DNA from: Candidatus Hydrogenedentota bacterium
Lineage (GTDB): Bacteria > Hydrogenedentota > Hydrogenedentia > Hydrogenedentales > JAEUWI01
Length of the DNA stretch: 64,000 nucleotides
NCBI GenBank assembly: GCA_034669905.1
Contig: JAXMOL010000015.1
Coordinates: 81,313-145,312, forward strand
Reading direction: 5' to 3'
Both the position numbers and the translations under genes were made by a program. The notes beneath the pieces are model-generated. The model did no database searches. It was not told the origin of the DNA and saw only the letters and a program-made list of their open reading frames with translations. Positions 9,532 through 19,500 of this stretch are shown here, one piece after another. Positions within the stretch are counted from its first letter, which is position 1. Every line of letters starts with the position of its first letter.

Positions 9532-10785
9532 TTACTCGCGCACCCGTTCTATATCTGCGCCCAGTCCTACCAGGCGCTCTTCAATTCGTTCATAACCCCG
9601 GTCGATGTGATAAACACGAGAAATGGCCGTTTCCCCCTGCTCGGCCATGAGACCGGCAATCACCAGGGCCGCACTGGCGCGCAAGTCGGAGGCCATGACC
9701 GGCGCCCCACTGAGGGCCTTGACGCCACGCACTATCGCCGTGTTGCCATCTACATCGATATCCGCGCCCATGCGCACCAATTCGGGCACCTGCATGAATC
9801 GGTTCTCGAATACCGTCTCCTTAATTCGGCTGACCCCATTGGCCCGTGTCATCAGCACCATCATCTGGGCCTGCAAATCGGTGGCGAATCCGGGAAAGGG
9901 TTGGGTGGTAATATCGACCGATTTGATGCCATTGGGGGCGTGGGCCCGAATCTTGTTCCCCTGAATTTCCACTTCGGCACCGGTGGCCTGTAACTTCTTC
10001 AGGAAATTGGGGAAATGCTCCGCCTTGGCGTTCAGCACGGTCACGTCACCGCCGGTGGCAATCCCCGCCGTGAGGAAGGTCCCCGCCTCGATGCGGTCGG
10101 GCATCACAATATGCTCCGCACCGCCCAGGGCATCAACGCCCACAATGGTGATGAGGTCCGTTCCGGCACCGGATATCCGTGCGCCCATGGCATTCAGGAA
10201 ATGGGCCAGATCTTCGATTTCCGGCTCCCGTGCCACGTTGGTGAGGCGGGTCACGCCGTCGGCACGGGTCGCGGCCATCATGAGATTCTCGGTGGCACCG
10301 ACGCTCGGGAAATCGAGGGCGTAGTTCACCCCCTTCAATTGCCCTTCGGCGACCACGTAGCCGTCTTCAATGCGTATGGAAGCGCCCAGGGCCTCCAGGC
10401 CTTTCAGATGGATATCCACCGGGCGGGTGCCAATGGCACAGCCCCCGGGCAGGGAAACCCGGCATTTTCCGAAGCGGGCCAGCAACGGGCCCAGCACGAA
10501 AAAGGAAGCGCGCATCTTGCGGACCAATTCATAATGGGCCTCCGCTTTGTGCAGATTCTGGGGTTCCATGGTCATGGAACGGCCCGTAAAGTCGATGGTC
10601 ATGCCCATGTCGGCCAGGAGCTTGTCCATGGAGAAAATGTCGTGAAGACAGGGGATGTTGTGGAGTACGCAGGTATCTTCCGCGAGAATCGTCGCCGCCA
10701 TGAGGGGCAGGGCCGCATTCTTGGCACCGCGAATCTGCACACTGCCCTTAAGCGGCTTACCACCGCGAACCAGTATCTTGTCCAC
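9532..10785 (-). CDS. murA: UDP-N-acetylglucosamine 1-carboxyvinyltransferase
   Basis: GAKNAALP, MRASF, LPGGCAIGTRPVD (active-site Cys), SVGATEN, DLRASAAL. Start placed at GTG 10785 behind AAGAAGGA. Confidence 0.97.
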   Translation of the reverse strand: MDKILVRGGKPLKGSVQIRGAKNAALPLMAATILAEDTCVLHNIPCLHDIFSMDKLLADMGMTIDFTGRSMTMEPQNLHKAEAHYELVRKMRASFFVLGPLLARFGKCRVSLPGGCAIGTRPVDIHLKGLEALGASIRIEDGYVVAEGQLKGVNYALDFPSVGATENLMMAATRADGVTRLTNVAREPEIEDLAHFLNAMGARISGAGTDLITIVGVDALGGAEHIVMPDRIEAGTFLTAGIATGGDVTVLNAKAEHFPNFLKKLQATGAEVEIQGNKIRAHAPNGIKSVDITTQPFPGFATDLQAQMMVLMTRANGVSRIKETVFENRFMQVPELVRMGADIDVDGNTAIVRGVKALSGAPVMASDLRASAALVIAGLMAEQGETAISRVYHIDRGYERIEERLVGLGADIERVRE

Positions 10786-11054
10786 CAGAAATTCCTTCTT
10801 TTTCGCAAGTCCGAGGGTGAGGACCCCATTGGGGGACACAAAAAAGGCCCGAAATCGGTCGGGGCAACATTTTTACCCACAACTACGGGACACACACGGC
10901 AGGGACAGGGTTAATCGCCCAATTATGCCACAGCGGCTGGGGACATTAATACTCCGGCGCGTCCAATGGTTGCCTGGCGGGCCTGTTTGGGGGGTGTTGG
11001 GACGGGTGGAGCGCGCTGTCATCCCACGCCACATTTAAACGCGTTCACTTTTTA

Positions 11055-11095
11055 TTGACAAACCTACCCCCTTGCTGATACTTTGAACATGTTCA
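11055..11095 (+). promoter_or_regulatory. Sigma70-like promoter with overlapping palindromic operator
   Basis: TTGACA at 11055-11060, GATACT at 11077-11082, perfect palindrome TGAACATGTTCA at 11084-11095. Confidence 0.55.
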
Positions 11096-11122
11096 GTTAA
11101 ACAACCTGCGGAGAGTCGTTTC

Positions 11123-12086
11123 ATGAAATCTTCTACCGGGTGGCGCATCGCCTACACCGTCTTTATCAGCGGCCTCATCATTTACGTTATCGGTCTGTAT
11201 GCCACAGAATTTCAACGCCATTACGGCTACACCCTCTTTGTGGCACTTCCCACGGTAAGTGGTTTCCTTCTCATCATGGTCATCACAACGTACAAGAAGT
11301 TTTCATTTCTGTCCTCCTTCGCACTGAGTACCGTCCCGGTCATGGGCGCGGGCATCTTTTTCCTGGCAACGGGGGTAGAGGGCTTCATTTGCCTGGCCAT
11401 GGCCATGATACCCATGCTTATCCTCGCGATGCTGGGTGGGCTGGTGGCAATCGCTGCCGACTGTTTGGTCCGAAGGGCTGAGCGCAAGAAGGAAACCCGA
11501 TTGCTGAGTACCGCAATCCCTACCGTATTGCTGCTCGTGGGGATGCAACTGGAACCCCACGTCATCCCCACCGCACCGACCCGAATGGTTCAGACCAACG
11601 TGGCCATCACCGGGAGCGCGGAAGACGTCTGGAAACAGGTGACCGCCTTTCCACCGATTACGCAGGAACCCCGCGGCCTGTTTGCGACTGGCATTGCATA
11701 CCCTCTCTCGGCGCATAGAGGGTACTGGCGTGGGTGCCGTGCGGTACTGCACCTTCAGTACCGGGGATTTTGTAGAACCCATCACCGTCTGGGAGCCCCC
11801 CCGGCACCTTGCCTTTGACGTTTCGGAAACCCCCCTGCCCATGCGGGAATGGTCCTTTTATGGCGCCATCGACACGCCCCACCTCCACGGATTCATGGTC
11901 TCGGAGCGAGGAGAATTTCGCATCGTTACCGACGGAGAGAACCGGGTGCTCCTTACAGGAACCACCTGGTATCACCATGAATTATGGCCTAATTTTTACT
12001 GGGGCTGGCTTTCGGACCATATTATTCATCAGGTGCATCGACGGGTCTTGGATCACATCAAAGACGTCGTGGAATCGCAACGATAG
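11123..12086 (+). pseudogene. Membrane protein with C-terminal SRPBCC/START-like domain, frameshifted near 11712 (pseudogene or sequence error)
   Basis: ORF 11123-11818 (multi-TM, then ..EDVWKQV..GIAYPLSA) continues naturally in another frame as RIEGTGVGAVRYCTFSTG.. (ORF ending 12086). Confidence 0.75.
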
Positions 12087-12581
12087 GTGTGCATCACCTG
12101 ATGGGACCGTTCCGATCTGGGTGCTTTTCCGGGGAACCAGTGTCCCTGCGCCGATCGATGCCAGCGGGCCGCTGGCACACCTCAAAAAAGAAAGGCTTAT
12201 GGGCAATTGGTGCGTACCAACCGAACTCCCCTCCGCACAGACGAACTAAACCCACCCATCGTGCCGCGCGATCCGGTATTCCCGGTTCGTGCGCGGGTCG
12301 GGAGATACCATTAGGTCACTCGATGGCGGTCCCGGACCAAGGACAATGCGCTATTTTCCCCATGACATCTTGAAGTCTTCCCACAACGGCCTCGCCCCCA
12401 ATGACGTTCCACAGCCACTTCGCACGAACTGGAGTACCAGATCGCGCGGCACGTCCAGGGGCTTGTGGTTCTATCTGCAAAAATGTGTGGCGACATGTTT
12501 CACAAAAAAACTTTGCAACAAGCGCTTAGCTCCCGCACTTGTACATTGGAATAAACCCTCCCCACTTATTGCCCATGAACC

Positions 12582-12624
12582 AAAAGAAAACGGTGTGTTT
12601 TCACTGTTGTGAAAACACACCGTT
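12582..12624 (-). terminator. Intrinsic terminator of tpiA-secG
   Basis: Perfect 16-bp stem AACGGTGTGTTTTCAC / GTGAAAACACACCGTT with 4-nt loop, T-rich tail on the minus strand, just past the secG stop. Confidence 0.8.
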
Positions 12625-12647
12625 GAGATGGAATTGATTAAGGCGAC

Positions 12648-13301
12648 CTATTGGGCGGCGGGCGTCTCGGCGGGCGCTTCGGGAGCAGCCGGTGCTTCCG
12701 CAGCAGGCGCTTCGGGCGCTGCAGCAGGGGCTGGCTCTGCCGGTGCCTCTGCAGCGGGCGCTTCCGGCGTCGCGGCAGGTGCGGGCTCAGCAGGTGCTTC
12801 TGCAGCAGGCGCGGATTCCGGCATGGGGGTTTCTACGCTCACTTCGGCTGCTGCCGTGGGGGCTGCTTCCGCGGGGGCTTCTTCCGTCGCGGCGGGCGCT
12901 TCGGTCGACTCGGCTGGAGCCGCGGCGGGCGCTTCGCTCCCCTCATTGAAGAGGGCACCCAGGCTACCGGCCGGTGCACCCGAATCGGTCGCACTCATGC
13001 CCGCATCGTCTACCAGTTCGGGCGCCGCATTGTTTCCGAGGTTACCCGAAAGCATGGACATGAGCAGGGAAAGCAACATGAAGAGTCCGGCCATGCTGTA
13101 GGTAATGCGCTGGGGCAAGCTCTTGGAGGAGCGGGGTCCGAAAACCGCATCGCTACCGCCACCGGCACCAAAGGCACCGGCGAATCCAACGCCCTTACCC
13201 TTTTGCAGGAGCACGATGACGACCAGACCCAGGCAGCTCGGCACGTAAATAAAAAGCAAGATCCACCACAGGGTGTTCACGCTGAAAATCATGTCCATCA
13301 T
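12648..13301 (-). CDS. secG: Preprotein translocase subunit SecG with long Ala/Pro/Glu-rich C-terminal tail
   Basis: VLLQKGKGVGFAGAFG..VFG..LPQRIT with two TM segments; conserved position after tpiA. Confidence 0.92.
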   Translation of the reverse strand: MMDMIFSVNTLWWILLFIYVPSCLGLVVIVLLQKGKGVGFAGAFGAGGGSDAVFGPRSSKSLPQRITYSMAGLFMLLSLLMSMLSGNLGNNAAPELVDDAGMSATDSGAPAGSLGALFNEGSEAPAAAPAESTEAPAATEEAPAEAAPTAAAEVSVETPMPESAPAAEAPAEPAPAATPEAPAAEAPAEPAPAAAPEAPAAEAPAAPEAPAETPAAQ

Positions 13302-13448
13302 GGCAGAAAAAATCCTCTTAGTGCCTGGTTGACGACTAACGACCCAACCCGACGTTTCGGGCATTGGCTTGTCCGCCGCCCTGACTCATCACAACAATGT
13401 TTATGGAAGGACTCCCCTCTACGAAGAAGGAACGCCCGGAATTACGTA

Positions 13449-14222
13449 TCAGCCGTGGGCACTGACGGCATTGACGATAGCGGCAAAGCTATCGGCCTGC
13501 AGCGCAGCACCACCCACGAGGAACCCATCCACGTTGGGCTGGGAAATCAACTCGGCAGCATTGTCCGGCTTGGCGCTGCCACCATACTGGATGCGAAGTC
13601 CGTCGGCGACTGCGTCGCCAAACTGGTCGCGCACCAGTCCGCGGACGAAAAGGTGGGCCGATTCGGCCTGTTCGGGCGATGCCGTGACGCCGGTGCCGAT
13701 GGCCCATACCGGCTCATAGGCGATGGCCACGTTGGCGAACTGGTCTGCCGTAAGGCCTTTGAGGCCTTCGGTGACCTGGCGGGTGAGGACGTCGTCCATC
13801 TTACCACCTTCACGCTCTTCGAGGGTCTCGCCGATGCAGAACATAACCTTAAGTCCTGCGGACAGGGCGAAATGGAGTTTTTCGTTCAGAAAGGCGTCGC
13901 TCTCGGTGAAGTATTCCCGGCGTTCGCTGTGTCCGAGGATAACCCACGTGCAGCCCGTGTCTTTAATCAACTGGGGGCTGACTTCGCCGGTGAAGGCGCC
14001 ACTTTCCTTGGTGTAGGCATTCTGGGCGCCCACTTCCACGTTGCTGCCGGCCGCGGCCTGGGCCGCACCGTGGAGCGCTGTGTAAACCGGGCAAACCACC
14101 ACATCGACGTTACTTACGCCACTCACGAGGGGTTTCAACGCGTTGACGGTTTCCACCGCTTCGCTGACCGTCTTGTTCAATTTCCAATTGCCCGCAACAA
14201 GGGGCTTTCTTGCCGTAGCCAT
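13449..14222 (-). CDS. tpiA: Triosephosphate isomerase
   Basis: AGNWKLN, GAFTGEVS, ILGHSERR, AYEPVWAIGTG, YGGS, LVGGA; start at MATARK (14222). Confidence 0.98.
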   Translation of the reverse strand: MATARKPLVAGNWKLNKTVSEAVETVNALKPLVSGVSNVDVVVCPVYTALHGAAQAAAGSNVEVGAQNAYTKESGAFTGEVSPQLIKDTGCTWVILGHSERREYFTESDAFLNEKLHFALSAGLKVMFCIGETLEEREGGKMDDVLTRQVTEGLKGLTADQFANVAIAYEPVWAIGTGVTASPEQAESAHLFVRGLVRDQFGDAVADGLRIQYGGSAKPDNAAELISQPNVDGFLVGGAALQADSFAAIVNAVSAHG

Positions 14223-14436
14223 AATGCACCATCCATCGGCTATCCCAAGCGCTTCGGGCGGAAAAACAAGCAATCCAGCCGGAACGACGTTTGCAGATAG
14301 CAATTATCGGGACCGCAAACCCCAAGGGTGGGTCCCGTGAAATTTCGGGGTAAACGAAGGTATCACAAGAATTACAATCGCGGCAGGATAGCACAGGAAG
14401 GACACAAGGCGCAAAAAAGAAACGGGCTGTAAAACC

Positions 14437-14465
14437 TTGTGATCAGTCCACCGACGTGCTATAAA
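14437..14465 (+). promoter_or_regulatory. Putative sigma70 promoter of the plsR/plsA-like pair
   Basis: TTGTGA, 17-bp spacer, TATAAA preceded by TGn (extended -10). Confidence 0.5.
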
Positions 14466-14636
14466 TCAGGGGCAGGACGTAGGGCTTCCAGGGGCATATC
14501 GGTAGGCTGACCGAGGGTCCCGGGCACGTGCGGCGCATGTTGTAATGGCCCTGCGAAACGGTTGACAGGCACCGCGCCTTTTACACAACGGGCGGGGTGC
14601 ATCCCAACGAAGCGCCATTCCCCGCGCAGGAGACGG

Positions 14637-16397
14637 ATGCCCATGAGCACGACCTCGATCGCTCCCGAGACCCAGGAAACCGACCCCCAGATAGACCTTG
14701 AGGCAGAACGGCAACGACGCTATGCCGAAGCGGGTATCGTCGACGAGAAACCCAAACATTTCAAACGCCCGGAAGAGCGTGTCTTCACCCGCCAGGATCG
14801 GGAGAATACCACTATCCTCTTTGGTGGCTTGACCTTACGACATGAGCGCCTCCTTCGCTCGGCCTTTAAATCCCTGGGCTATAACCTCTCGCTGGTACCC
14901 ACGCCGGTCAAGGCCGATTTCCAGGCCGGCAAGGAATACGGCAACAATGGCCAGTGCAACCCGACTTATTTTACCGTGGGTTCCCTGGTCAATTACCTGA
15001 AAGATCTGCGGGACAACCAGGGGCTTTCTACCGAGGAAATTCTCCGGGATTACACCTACATCACGGCAGGTTCCTGCGGACCGTGCCGCTTTGGCATGTA
15101 TGAGGCCGAGTATCGCCTCGCCCTTCGCAACAGTGGTTTCGATGGCTTCCGGGTCATGCTGTTCCAGCAGACCGGCGGTTTGGAACAATCCGGAGAAGAT
15201 TCCGGGTTGGACCTGAACGTCGATTTTGCCCTGCGCCTCCTGAACGCCATCATGATGGGCGACCTCCTCAACGAGGTAGCCTACCAACTCCGCCCCTACG
15301 AAAAGACGCCCGGCATGGTCAACGACGCCTTTGAAAAGGCCATGACCCACCTTTGCACCGAGCTGGAGGGGGCCGCCGATAAGGTAGGCACCGCACCCGG
15401 CTGGTGGAAGTGGCTGCCTGCGTCCCTCCGCGACAAGGACGGGGCCAAGATTCTCCAGCAGGCCTGGGAGCCCTTTTTCGTCAACCTCATGGGCGAAACG
15501 CAGCAGATCCTCCTGGACAACGTGGAAGTAGACTTTACCCGTCCCAAGCCTATCTGCAAGGTCACGGGCGAATTCTGGGCCCAGACCACGGAAGGCGATG
15601 GCAATTTCCACATGTTCGAGTTTCTGGAGTCCCAGGGCTCGGAGGTACTTGTGGAAACCATCACGACGTGGGTGAATTATCTCATCAACCAGGCCCGCAG
15701 CAAGATAGTCGATTCCAAAGGACTCGATTACCCCAACGGTTTCCTGGGCAAACTGCGGGGTGGCGTGGCCTACCGCATTAAACTCGCCCGCATCGAAATT
15801 GCCCGCCGCTTCCTGCTCCGGGAATATGACCGTCTCCGCAAGGCCTTGGGCGACACGGCCCACGCCCAGGTGTGTCAATTGGAATTGCAGCGTATGGGCC
15901 ACCCCTACTACAACAGCAAGTCTGCCGGGGGCGAAGGCCACCTCGAAGTAGCCAAGAATATTTACTACGCCAACAAGAGCCTGGCCCACATGGTCATGAG
16001 CCTCAAACCCTTCGGCTGCATGCCTTCCGCCCAGTCCGACGGTGCCCAGGCCGCGGTGACATCCCACTTCGAAGACATGATCTACATCCCCATTGAGACC
16101 TCCGGGGAAGGGGATGTCAACGCCCACAGCCGGGCCCAGATGGCCCTGGGCGAAGCCAAGCTCAAGTGCAAACAGGAAATCCAGCGTTGCACGAAACGCA
16201 GTGGCTACACGCTGGAGCAGATTCGCGCCTATGTGGACGCCCACCCCGAACTACAAGAGCCGCTCCAGAAACTCCCCCACTACGACGGCGTGGTTGGTCG
16301 CGCGGCGAATTTCGTCCTCTATGTCGGGGGATTGATGGACCAGGACACTGACTGGGCCGCGAACAACGAGACGGCGAAACAGCGCGAGGCGGTCTAA
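14637..16397 (+). CDS. 2-hydroxyacyl-CoA dehydratase/reductase-related Fe-S protein (PlsR-like)
   Basis: Cys motifs GNNGQCNPTY, AGSCGPCRFGMY, KPFGCMP; AGGAG before ATG 14637 (14643 also possible); adjacent to the activase gene. Confidence 0.75.
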   Translation: MPMSTTSIAPETQETDPQIDLEAERQRRYAEAGIVDEKPKHFKRPEERVFTRQDRENTTILFGGLTLRHERLLRSAFKSLGYNLSLVPTPVKADFQAGKEYGNNGQCNPTYFTVGSLVNYLKDLRDNQGLSTEEILRDYTYITAGSCGPCRFGMYEAEYRLALRNSGFDGFRVMLFQQTGGLEQSGEDSGLDLNVDFALRLLNAIMMGDLLNEVAYQLRPYEKTPGMVNDAFEKAMTHLCTELEGAADKVGTAPGWWKWLPASLRDKDGAKILQQAWEPFFVNLMGETQQILLDNVEVDFTRPKPICKVTGEFWAQTTEGDGNFHMFEFLESQGSEVLVETITTWVNYLINQARSKIVDSKGLDYPNGFLGKLRGGVAYRIKLARIEIARRFLLREYDRLRKALGDTAHAQVCQLELQRMGHPYYNSKSAGGEGHLEVAKNIYYANKSLAHMVMSLKPFGCMPSAQSDGAQAAVTSHFEDMIYIPIETSGEGDVNAHSRAQMALGEAKLKCKQEIQRCTKRSGYTLEQIRAYVDAHPELQEPLQKLPHYDGVVGRAANFVLYVGGLMDQDTDWAANNETAKQREAV

Positions 16398-16593
16398 CCG
16401 GAATGCCCAATCAAGAACTTCAGCAACTGCAGGGACAACAGGCCCCTACGGAGGCGGTGAAACATTGATTGGGGGTGCTTCGGGTCCCTCTTGTCGCGCG
16501 CGGCCCTGCTGTCGCTGAATGGAATTAAGTGGGTAGCGCCATTTCACTCCCATTCCAGTAAACCTGGAATTGAGTTATAAGGAGAAAGTTCAC

Positions 16594-19500
16594 ATGGGTT
16601 GTTGCAGCACATCATCCTCTTCCAGTTCGGGCAGTTGCAGTACGGGCAGTTGCGGCACTTCCGCCACCCCCGCTCCGGCAGAAGAAAAAACAAGCTCGTG
16701 CTCTTCCGGCGGCAATTGCGGGTGCGCCACGAAAATCGTCCCGTTGCCCCCTGCCCGTCCACCGGCGCGGGAGACCCTGACCTTTCTACCGACGGAGACC
16801 TATCCTCAGGGCCTGATGATGGGCCTGGACGTGGGCAGCACGACGGTGAAGGCCGTGGTCGTAGACCCGGTGACCGACGAGATTCTCTGGAAAGATTACC
16901 AGCGCCACGAAACGAAGCAGCCCGAGAAGTGTCTGGAACTGTTGGGCGAAGTGCAGGCCGCCTTCCCCGGACTGGCCCCCAACAGCCTCCGCGTCTTTAT
17001 CACGGGCTCCGGGGGATCGGCGGTGGGCCGACATATCGGTGCCCGCTTCGTCCAGGAAGTTAACGCCGTTTCCCTGGCCGTGGAAAAGCTCTATCCCGAC
17101 GTGATGAGTGTCATCGAACTGGGCGGACAGGACGCGAAGATCATCGTCTTCAAAGAAATTGAAGGCTCGGATTCGAAGAAAAAGATTCCCTCGATGAACG
17201 ACAAGTGTGCGGGGGGCACCGGGGCGGTCATCGACAAAATTAACGCCAAACTGCGCATCCCCCCGGAGCAACTGAGCCAGATGGGCTACGTGGGCCACAA
17301 GCTCCACCCGGTCGCCGGTAAATGCGGCGTGTTTGCCGAGACCGACATCAACGGCCTGCAGAAGCAAGGCGTTCCCCGGGAAGAGCTGATGGCCTCCCTG
17401 TTTGAGTCCATCATCCAACAAAACATGTCGGTGCTCACGCGGGGTCACACCCTCCTGCCCAACGTGCTCCTCCTGGGCGGCCCCAATTGCTACGTCAAGG
17501 GCATGCAGGAATGCTGGCGACACAGCATCCCCCTCATGTGGAAAGAGCGCAACGTGGAGGTCCCCGACCGCCCCCTCGATGAACTGATTAAGGTACCGGA
17601 CAACGCCCAGTATTTTGCGGCGATTGGTGCCGTGGAGTTTGGCAAGACCGAAGTCGAAGACGACAACACCATGGGCGTCTACCAGGGCACGGAGCAATTG
17701 CAGTGGTACCTCGACGTGGGCCGTATCGAGGAAAAGAAGGCGGCGGGCAGCACCGGGCTGGTTAAGACGGAAGAAGAGCTGGCCACCTTCTATGACCGCT
17801 ACACGGTGGAATCCTGGGAACCCATGCACTTTGAGCCCGGCACGGTGGTGGAAGGCTACATCGGCATCGATGGGGGCTCGACCAGCACCAAGGCGGTGCT
17901 CGTGGATCACCACAAGAATATCGTCGACAAGGTATACCAGCTTTCCAAGGGCAACCCCATCGAAGACACCATGGAAGTGCTCAGCGATCTGGAGGCCAAG
18001 TTTGCGGCCCAGGGCTGCACCCTGAAGATTCTCGGGGTCGGCACCACCGGCTATGCAAAAGATGTCTTGAAAGACGTCTTGGGCGCCGATGTGGCCCTCG
18101 TGGAGACGGTGGCCCATACCCAGAGTGGCCTCCACTTTTACCCCGACGCCGATGTGATCTGCGACGTGGGCGGCCAGGACATCAAGGTCATTATCCTGCG
18201 GAACGGCGCGGTCAAAGACTTCAAGCTGAATACCCAGTGCTCCGCCGGCAATGGCTATTTTCTCCAATCCACGGCCCAGGATTTTGGCGTGGATGTGAAA
18301 GAATACGCCGACGTGGCCTTCAAGGCGGAGGCCATGCCCGAGTTCGGCTATGGCTGTGCCGTGTTCATGCAATCGGACATCGTCGATTTTCAGCGGCAGG
18401 GCTGGCAGGCCTCCGAGATCATGGCCGGTCTCGCCGATGTGTTGCCGAAAAACATCTGGCTCTACGTATCGCAGATCCCCAACCTGCCCAAGCTCGGCAG
18501 CACCTTCGTGCTCCAGGGGGGCACGCAAAACAACATGGCCGCCGTGAAGACCCAGGCCGACTTCATCACCAGCCGTTTTCACGGCACCGGCATCGAGCCC
18601 CGCGTCGTGGTACACAAACACTGTGGCGAATCGGGTGCCATCGGCGCGGCCTTTGAAGCCCACCGGCTCCACACGGAACAGGGACGGCAAAGCACCTTTA
18701 TCGGCATGCCGGCCGTCCACACGATCCAGTACCGCACCACACGGGACGAAAACACCCGCTGCTACTTCTGTAAGAACCACTGCCTGCGCACCTTCATCGA
18801 TGTGAAGTCCGATGCCTCCAAGCAGGCGGCGGCCATTTCGGTAGACCCCAGCACCCTGAAGCTCAACGACTCGACCGTGAGCCACACGCGCATGAAGCGG
18901 GGCGCCACGGAAGAAGAAAAGAAATCCCCCGACTTTGAATCCAAGGTACCGCTGGCGGAAGACGAGCAGCGCCTCATCATTGCCACCTGCGAAAAAGGCA
19001 CGGTGGAAGACGTGGCCGATATGAAACAGATTAAGAAGGGCATGGACAGCATCAAGGAGCAATACCCCAATCTCGTGGAACGCTCGGCGACCAAGTCCTT
19101 CCACGCCGTGTCCGTCGAGTCGGTGGCCGACCCCCTGCCCGAAATTCGTTGGCACCACCGGGGCAAGAAGCGGGCCGCCCTGGAAGCGCGCCGGGCTATC
19201 ATGGAGCAGCGCAGCAAGATTCGCATCGGCATGCCCAAGGTGCTCAACATGTACTCCCAGGCCCCCTTCTTCATGGCCTTCTTTCAGAGCGTCGGCATCC
19301 GCGACCGCAACCTGGTCTGGTCCGATTACACCAGCGAAGGACTCTACAAAGAAGGGGCCAAGCGGGGTAGCATTGACCCCTGCTTCCCGAGCAAGGTGGG
19401 CATCCCCCACGTACACAACCTGCTCTACCACAAGAACAAGCCCAAGCGCCCGCTGGATTACATCCTCTTCCCCATGGTGGATTCCTTCCCCACGTGGCTG

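Noticed and set aside
7153..10785. murA-hisD-hisC linkage as unusual
   Set aside because: murA next to his genes is a common arrangement; only the local absence of hisG differs.
12651..14300. 549-aa Arg/Gly-rich plus-strand ORF
   Set aside because: Antisense to secG and tpiA; composition reflects the secG tail repeats.
14470..14636. Riboswitch in the long leader of the plsR-like gene
   Set aside because: I could not match conserved motifs of any riboswitch class by eye; an Rfam scan would settle it.
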